Positions 55,264 to 64,000 of a stretch of 64,000 nt of DNA are shown in pieces. Position 1 is the stretch's first letter; the number at the start of each line of letters is the position of its first letter. Origin of the DNA: Eledone cirrhosa. Its lineage: Eukaryota. The translations under genes were made by a program, and so were the position numbers. The notes under the pieces are model-generated. The model saw only the letters and a list, made by a program, of their open reading frames with translations. It was not told the origin of the DNA and did not search any database. The stretch covers positions 246,512,001 through 246,576,000 of the forward strand of contig OZ024742.1 in assembly GCA_964016885.1 (NCBI GenBank). Reading direction: 5' to 3'.

Positions 55264-56409
55264 CTATATATAGGGCTTAAAGTTTTGGAAGGAATGTCTG
55301 AGGCGGTGCTGGCAAGTTGCAAACACCTCAGATTTTTTGTTAAGTAGGTTACGGTTGGAGAAGATAATATTGTGTGTCTCTAGTATACAGAGGTTACAGA
55401 ATTTATTAGGTGGTTTGTACGAGGTCGCGCTGCCTATCACTTCCCATTTGAGTGTGTATGGTTTATTTTTAGATTTTAGATAGTGTATGTAGCTAGAAAG
55501 TGAGGTGGAGTTGGCTAGGCTGTGCTTTTTGAACGAGTGGATGTGCGAGTTATATCTGATTTTGAAGCAGTTAGAAGTGGAGCCTACATAGGTTTATGAA
55601 GAGTTATTAGTCGTGACTGTGCATGAGTATATGACATCCTTGGTTAGGCATTTTTTATCTAAAGGGCAGGTTCTATTAGCTCTACAGTTACAATTATTCT
55701 GTGCGTTAGTCCGCTGGTTATAATGCAATGCGGAAGTCTGTGTGGTGGATATAGGATTTTGGGTGTTCGGGTTGACAACCCTGGTGTTATTACTTATACT
55801 AGTGTTATTTCTATTGTTACTGCCGTTGCTATTGTTGCTTGCTACAGTGGTATTTAGAGGGTTTGCATCCCGTTGTGATTTTGTTTGTTGGAAGTAAGAA
55901 TTAATTTTACTATTATTGCTGCTAGCTATGTGGTATGCTAAGTTAGGCGTCGTAGAGTATGAGATTTTAATGGTGTTTTTGTTTAAGAGGTTGTGGTACT
56001 TGTGTCCTAGAGGGAAGTTTTTATCTAGTAGTGAGAAGAAAGCCCTAGGTATGTTGGTGGAGACATTTAGGTTGAAAGGAGGGTTGAAAAATGTATTATT
56101 TCTTCTTCTATTTTTGCTTTTAGTGTTTGGTGTGTTGCTTCCTCCCAAGGCCTCACAGTAGTTTCCATGGTAATGGTTACTTCCGGTGGCACCCTCCGCT
56201 TTGGTGTACTTGTGGTTGCTATTCCTATTATTAGATTTCCTCATGGACATGTTGTGCGAGATGATGTTGTAGCTATGTGTTTTCTTAGGTAGGAACTCAA
56301 TTTCTATATTATGGCCGGAGCTAGCTAATGCTTAATTGTAATATTGTGAGTTTTTGCTAAATATGTTTGCGTCATAGGACAGACTAGAGATTCTATTGGA
56401 CACCCCCTT
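55264..56409 (-). pseudogene. Penelope-like (Neptune-type) RT thumb, Cys linker and GIY-YIG endonuclease remnant
   Basis: SNRISSLS, FNPPF, KISYS, CNCR..CPL..C, VIY..YVGST..FKIRY..H, CNLC..E, LLNKKSE..C.H; two in-frame stops seen. Confidence 0.88.
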
Positions 56410-56452
56410 ATATTTCATATTTCATATATTTCATATATTTCATATATTTCAT

Positions 56453-56489
<37 letters not shown>

Positions 56490-56660
56490 CAAGGACGATT
56501 TAAGCCTTCATTGCGGTTATTGGTTGGTGACCCGCGTTTCAGTATTGATCATCTCAAGGTTCGATCTGCATCGATCTGTCTAGCTCTACGTCTCGATACT
56601 GATGTGAACCATCGCGTGCTCACATGGGTGAATCTACAGTAACTTCACGTTACACTCCCT

Positions 56661-56823
<163 letters not shown>

Positions 56824-56921
56824 TATATTAATAAATATTTGCTCTACGATTCTTATATATTTGATATATATTTATCCTTATCGAGCCCTCGTGGGATTAT
56901 AGTCTTCAAATTTATTATTAT

Positions 56922-56994
<73 letters not shown>

Positions 56995-56997
56995 TTA

Positions 56998-57403
56998 AAA
57001 TAACAGATTAAAGTTTAGGCAAAGAATCGCTGCTTTCACCCTTAACGGGATCTTCTGAAACTAAAAAAGTCAATCTGTGAACGCAGAAGTAAATATTTCG
57101 AAAAACGTTGCAACCGAAGGAAGACGATACTTCGGTTCGTAAAGACGTTCCCTGGCAAACGTGGTATTGTCTTTGCGAGTAATCGTTCTCACCGCTCCAA
57201 ATAATGACGTAATATCTTCGCTTTTTTCCGTTCATTGCCAGAGAACGTCTCCACGAACCAAAATATTGTCTTCCTGTTTTCCTTTGGTTGCAACGTTTTT
57301 CGAAATATTTACTTCTGCGTTCACATATTGACTTTTTTAGTTTCAGAAGATCCCGGTAAGGGTGAAAGCAGCGATTCTTTGCTTAAACTTTAATCTGTTA
57401 TTT
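56998..57403. repeat. Fold-back with ~125-bp arms, flanked by a duplicated ~95-bp repeat (56830-56925 / 57406-57500)
   Basis: taacagattaaag..caaccgaaggaa versus ttcctttggttg..ctttaatctgtta. Confidence 0.85.
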
Positions 57404-57499
57404 CATTAAATATTCGCTCTAGGGTTCTTATATATTTGATATATATTTATCCTTATCGAGCCCTCTTTGGATTTTAGTCTTCAAATTTATTATTATTAC

Positions 57500-57536
<37 letters not shown>

Positions 57537-57546
57537 TACACACACA

Positions 57547-57626
<80 letters not shown>

Positions 57627-58065
57627 CACTTCAACCTATATTTACTGAGTAGACTTATTCAACGTCATTACCTTTGATATCCACTATTAAAAATATCTTT
57701 TGGAGATGTATTTTTATATTCTTAAATTTATATTTGACCTGCATAGCTGCTCATATTAACTTTATAAACTTTTGTAATGCTTATGATATATATTTGTTTA
57801 CTAATTATGATATATGTCTTGCACTATACCTAACCTTTCTATACAACCATGTTTCTTTATAATAGCAGGTTTCACTACAGCAGCATGCCTTTAACATTTT
57901 TAATGCTTTTAACTGCTCTTAATTTTATTTTAATGCATTTATATACTCATTTTTTCATATGCTTCTTCTACCTTTGCTATATTTTCTTATATAAATGTTG
58001 ATACTTATGCTTACTTCCCATATTATGTATCCTTCTAATGTTCTTATGACAAACTTCTGATATTA

Positions 58066-58210
58066 TATTTATCGACCCCGTAAGGTGGAAACGCAAAGTT
58101 AACACACCGAGGTTTTCTTTGCCTTCCTCCCTTACGGGCTCGATAAAATAAAGTACCAGTAATACACTTGGATAATTGCTGGCCTTGTGCCAAAAGTAGA
58201 AACAATTATA
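58066..58210. mobile_element. OK-SINE 3' half with an inverted fragment
   Basis: tttatcgacccc..gcaaag mirrored by ctttgcc..tcgataaa. Confidence 0.7.
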
Positions 58211-58404
58211 TTTGTGTTTTAACCTTTATTATATACTCCGAGGATAACGGCTTTGTGCGAGAATGAAACGATCGTAAATGATTAAATGTTTTAAACACAC
58301 TTTGATTGTTATTTATAAAGAATTTCGGCTCTGTAATATACTTGTTATGTTACATTGAGCTATTCTTACACTTGTAATTGGATAATATTTGATATTACCC
58401 ACAT

Positions 58405-58524
<120 letters not shown>

Positions 58525-58640
58525 TACAATTATATATCTAATATATATTTGTGAAATGGGCGGTGGTTGAAATTCAGTTGTGCACGGTTAAATGGTAGTA
58601 GACGTGGTCGCACTGACATGAACATTTTTTATTTACTATA

Positions 58641-58697
<57 letters not shown>

Positions 58698-58839
58698 AGT
58701 TTATGTTGGTTGTATACCAACACCTCAGTATGCAGGCTGGAGCACTCGACGAGGTGCGCAGGTTGGTTTGGTTACTCCGGAGTAGTGTAAAATAAAGTTC
58801 AATAAAAAGTCAAATGATTAAAATTTAGCCTCGTTTATT

Positions 58840-58894
58840 ACTGCTATATATATTTCAGTGACAGCCATCTTTGGCTGTGACCTCTTCAGGCAGT
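58840..58894 (-). ncRNA. Hammerhead ribozyme
   Basis: actgc-CTGAAGA-(acagcca/tggctgt)-GAAA-tatat-ATA-gcagt-AATAAA. Confidence 0.8.
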
Positions 58895-59043
58895 TTGAAT
58901 TAGTATGGTATAGACAAGTACATATGTTGTTGAGGTGTATAATATTGTCAATACTCTGATATGCCCAGTTCCTGGTTGGGTTGTTATTTCATTGAGGAAT
59001 TGGAATCATATATATATATATCATATATATATAATCATATATA

Positions 59044-59112
<69 letters not shown>

Positions 59113-59120
<8 letters not shown>

Positions 59121-59214
59121 AGATCAAAAGATGGTTAAAGGAGTTCCATGTATTTTATTATGCGCATAATAAAATACATGGAACTCCTTTAACCATCTTT
59201 TGATCTTATATTAT
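59113..59214. repeat. Perfect palindrome, 51-bp arms, centre tgc|gca
   Basis: The arm matches the sequence 3' of the HHR at 38775-38845. Confidence 0.92.
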
Positions 59215-59307
59215 GTATACTCCAGTCCTACAAACTGTAGAGTGCTTCTTATCCGATATCTGCATTGCTTTATTGTACTACAATAAAACTCACCTCCTAC
59301 ATTATAC

Positions 59308-60251
<944 letters not shown>

Positions 60252-60384
60252 AATATATATATATACATATTAATAAAATGAATTCCAACTTTGTCTGATT
60301 TACTCCTTTTATTTACAATCCTTTAAAATGATAATGATATTACAATGAAATATTATGGTAGAATATTAAATGTTAAGTGTTAAT

Positions 60385-60423
60385 TGAACAAGTACTTTCA
60401 TGCTTTCGCAATCTTCAGGTTCA
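60385..60423 (-). ncRNA. Minimal hammerhead motif
   Basis: tgaac-CTGAAGA-t-tgc(gaaa)gca-t-GAAAG-ta-CTT-gttca. Confidence 0.68.
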
Positions 60424-60544
60424 TATTCTCTCTCTCTCTATCTATATATATATGTATGTAAAAGGTAAACAGAAATAACAACACAATCGGTACAGTATAT
60501 GGAAGGAATATATTAGGTTAACGCTTGAAATACCAGGAAGAGGG

Positions 60545-60580
60545 TCTTAACGTTTCGGACGCTAGCCCTTCATGAGAAGA
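60545..60580 (-). ncRNA. Degenerate hammerhead (CTCATGA core)
   Basis: tctt-CTCATGA-a-gggc/gtcc-GAAAC-GTT-aaga. Confidence 0.5.
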
Positions 60581-60619
60581 AAGAATGAGAAATTAGATAG
60601 ATTGAAATGATGGGTGAGG

Positions 60620-60655
<36 letters not shown>

Positions 60656-61262
60656 ATAGAAACGAGATCTCACATCAGGGTTTGTATTGATTATGCAGTT
60701 TCAACCTCTTCACAGATGGGTGGTGTTAAAGAGATGACTCCTGCTTAAAACTGCTCATCAGACTTGTTAATCAAGCATCACCAAAATATCCCCCACCCTC
60801 ACAGCCATCCCATGAATAAGTGGGCAAAGAAGAAGACACACTCAACGCATATTACGTGTGGATGTTATATGGCAAAAAACTAGTGCGGTATAATAGTTTT
60901 ACTGAAGGGTTTCTTCATCATTAAAGTTACAAGCAGGCTATAATTTATGCTTCAATGAGGAGCTGTAATAAAAACGAAACACGCCACACAGCATAAGCTG
61001 AATATCGTACTTTCAGGAATAATTAAAATATCATTCACCAGAGATTGATATTGCTTTGCCTCGACGCCCAAAATATTCGAAATATGTTACAGAGACACAA
61101 GCAGACACGCGCGCGCGCGCACACACACACAGACGATATTTTTGATTCAATAATCAGAGTTGCTTGATCAAAGCAATCGACCAACTATTGTATAATCAAA
61201 CTTAAGGACTCCACGTATCCATGGGTATCAGAAGATATTTGGAATATGGTATCATCTTAATA

Positions 61263-61318
<56 letters not shown>

Positions 61319-61320
61319 TG

Positions 61321-61352
<32 letters not shown>

Positions 61353-62305
61353 TACATGAATGTATGTATAGTATATTTGGCAATATACCGTATGTTTAAT
61401 TTAAAACATTTTGAAAACCTTGCGCTATCATTTTAAAGTAGTGACTATGTCACTTACTTCTTTTTTCGGCAAAGGAAGGGAGAGAAGCTGACAGATTCTG
61501 TTTCACACTGTTGGTGTTTCTCAGAGCAACGTACTCCCTGCCTCTGCCGAAAATTATAGAGGCTGGATTCTTATAGAATTCCAGTAATAATCAGGAACTG
61601 ATTATACAGAGCGGTTGTCGGTCCAGCAAAAATAAAAAATTTGGATTGGTGCTCTGAAATAGCGATGTATACATGAAACCCACCAGCACAAAAAAAGAGT
61701 AGACAAAGGGTGAATGAACTCTACAGAATCAACGACCATCCAGCTAAAATATGTGTTAAATAGCCTCAGAAATACGCAATTGATCCAGCGAAGTGTGTAT
61801 GCCTGCATCCTCTGTAGAGGTTAAACTCCATGACAATAACATATGCGGTCCTCGTAACTGCCCTGTTATCTAGCCTTGGCTTTTCACTGAATACATAGCT
61901 GCGGTGATGGAGTAGATGTTATGTGTTTAGCACAAGTACGTATCATTACCATCTTTATGTGCAGATATTGCTTCACAAGTCTCGCAGAGGTGGGGGAGGG
62001 GCAACACGTGCAGGCCCGACCGGCTGGAAGCACATACTCACAAATCTACCCCAGGTCGGCTCGAGTTTTATCCTAACACCACTGCACTATTAACCTGAAC
62101 AGCAAAATACTTTGGTGGAGTCTCCAGTGTCCGAGCAGCCCTTTTAGTGCTCACCCATACCACATTGGAAGGGTCTAGAAAAGGTGACCTAAATAACGCT
62201 TGCTCATTCATCAAACTGTCCAACAGCCTACATTTGGTGGTGGTTCATAATATCAGGGAATTCGTTGATGAGATGGCCGTCTTCTGTAAAGAAGTGGCAG
62301 TTATC

Positions 62306-62339
<34 letters not shown>

Positions 62340-62697
62340 ACATAAGAAAATAAGGGAGTTTTCACTTCATGTTAATGAAATCGTTTTGTGTGGAATGATT
62401 ATATAAATAATCGTGAGAGAACAGCTTACGATATATGTTTTCTCAGCGTGGTTAATGGAGTTATGTAATCTTCCAGATGTTAAACTCTCGAGTATGGTAC
62501 AAGGTTCCAAGAATTCACGGAGTAATTTAGTGTAAAATATTCAATGAGGAAAAACAGGCAAGGAATGAGGAGAAATTTGGAATGAAATTTATTTGATTAA
62601 ATAATCTAACACATGTTTCTTTACAGATTAAATAACCATCTACGAGAGCTGCATAGGAATAGTTTTTCTCATCATTCACTCGCATTATGTTTGCGAA

Positions 62698-62900
62698 GGG
62701 CGTTGGATTGGCAGTATCGGTAGAGGGTCGGACGCCATGCTTTGACGCATAGAGTTACGGCCCTTGCCATTCTGAGTTCAAATCCCGCCAAGGTTAACTT
62801 TGCCTTAAATCCTTACGGAGTCGATAAAATATCAGTAATGCAAAAATACCAGTAATGTACTGGGTATTTGCGGGCCTTGTGCCAAACGTAGAAACAATTA
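62698..62900 (+). mobile_element. OK-type SINE with a small internal duplication
   Basis: Family match; cagtaatg is duplicated. Confidence 0.85.
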
Positions 62901-63848
62901 TGTTTGCAATCGGCAATTCATCAGAGATTAATAAAATAATAAACATCTTTCGTAGGTATATTTGGGTAGAAAGGAAAGGAGGAGGAAGTGAAGTGGATAG
63001 TAGCCAATGGGCTTCGAGTATTTATAGATGGACTAAAAATGTCCTTGACTGAGAGGAATTTATTCTATAGTTCAAAGAGGACTATTTTAGGAAATGGGAG
63101 TATCTGTTGTCATGAAAATAAGCTGGAGATAAAATCCATTTGGAGCTAACAGTTTGATAATACAATAGATGAGAGGTGAACATTACAGATAAGAGAGATT
63201 GAAATATTAGATTTGGCGCCAGTCTTCTTTGTCTTTCAAAATATGCCAGTCTAAAGATATGTAATTCATAGATGTAGAGTTGTAGTCTCTACTCATAGAT
63301 TAGCTTTGATTATATCTAGAAAATTTTTTTAGATATTATATTTATGTTTACAATTGAATATTCTATCCTCTAGAATTTAGTCAATTTTTCCCGGTCATGA
63401 CTACCAACACTTCCGTCGCACAAAGATCACAATCACTTTTTTCGCGTCGACAAGGCTGGGCGAAGCTTAGAATTTACAACGACAGCTCGCACTCTAATTT
63501 TTACTGCTTTAAGTCCCATTTTGTTTTAGCCAATGCGGTAGATTTGCGGAATATACACACACACAATTATTCACAAAAAGCAAACAAATTTAATTGTATT
63601 GACTAGACATACATGAACACAGTCAAATAGACAAAGATAAACGGCATCCTCACACACACGCACGCCCACCCCCACGGTTACATGTATGTACACGCATTAA
63701 ACCCATATATATACATAAATATATGTGTGAATACAAATGGTTGAGGAAAATATGAAAATGTCATACATAGATTTTGGTGAAAAAATACATAATTTCATTT
63801 TGCTATTTTGAAGACATACAGATATACACACATGGCTGTATATATATA

Positions 63849-64000
63849 CTAGCAGCAGTACCCAGCGTTGCCTGGGTAGGTAAAATAATATCTGCTTTGA
63901 TGGAAAGGTGTTGATCTTAGCGACTGCTTCTCGATGACTCATCTATGGCCACACATAGGCCATGCGGGGGAGGGTGGTGATGAACTCTATCACTGAGAAA
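63849..64000 (-). mobile_element. Helitron 3' end (element extends beyond the window)
   Basis: a|ctag-cagcagt-acccag.cgttgc.ctgggt hairpin in (TA)n, same style as 17242. Confidence 0.7.

Noticed and set aside
62500-63120. Possible very old L1/Tx1 C-terminal remnant around the SINE
   Set aside because: Only a vague resemblance (INKIINIFRRYIW); needs BLASTX/HMM support

Overview
Eukaryotic, AT-rich, microsatellite-dense intergenic or intronic DNA. It is most likely from an octopod cephalopod, inferred from about 10 copies of an OK-type tRNA-derived SINE. I found no host gene; nearly all short ORFs in the track are (TA)n/(CA)n/(ACC)n artefacts. The mobile elements are: a head-to-tail cluster of three Tx1/L1-clade LINE copies separated by (TATC)n tracts, including an intact 1148-aa APE-RT ORF2; a decayed Tx1 on the minus strand; an R4/Dong LINE inside (TAA)n; CRE, R4 and RTE-derived remnants; two Penelope-like (PLE) GIY-YIG remnants; several non-autonomous Helitrons (one with a GC-rich 173-bp dimeric minisatellite, one with an LTR-like insertion); and MITEs. 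The most striking layer is non-coding: about 18 type-I hammerhead ribozyme (HHR) motifs from roughly a dozen families, read by eye. Several sit at the junctions of fold-back palindromes, and one lies in a ~546-bp terminally redundant, retrozyme-like unit. All structures are manual predictions; no database search was run.
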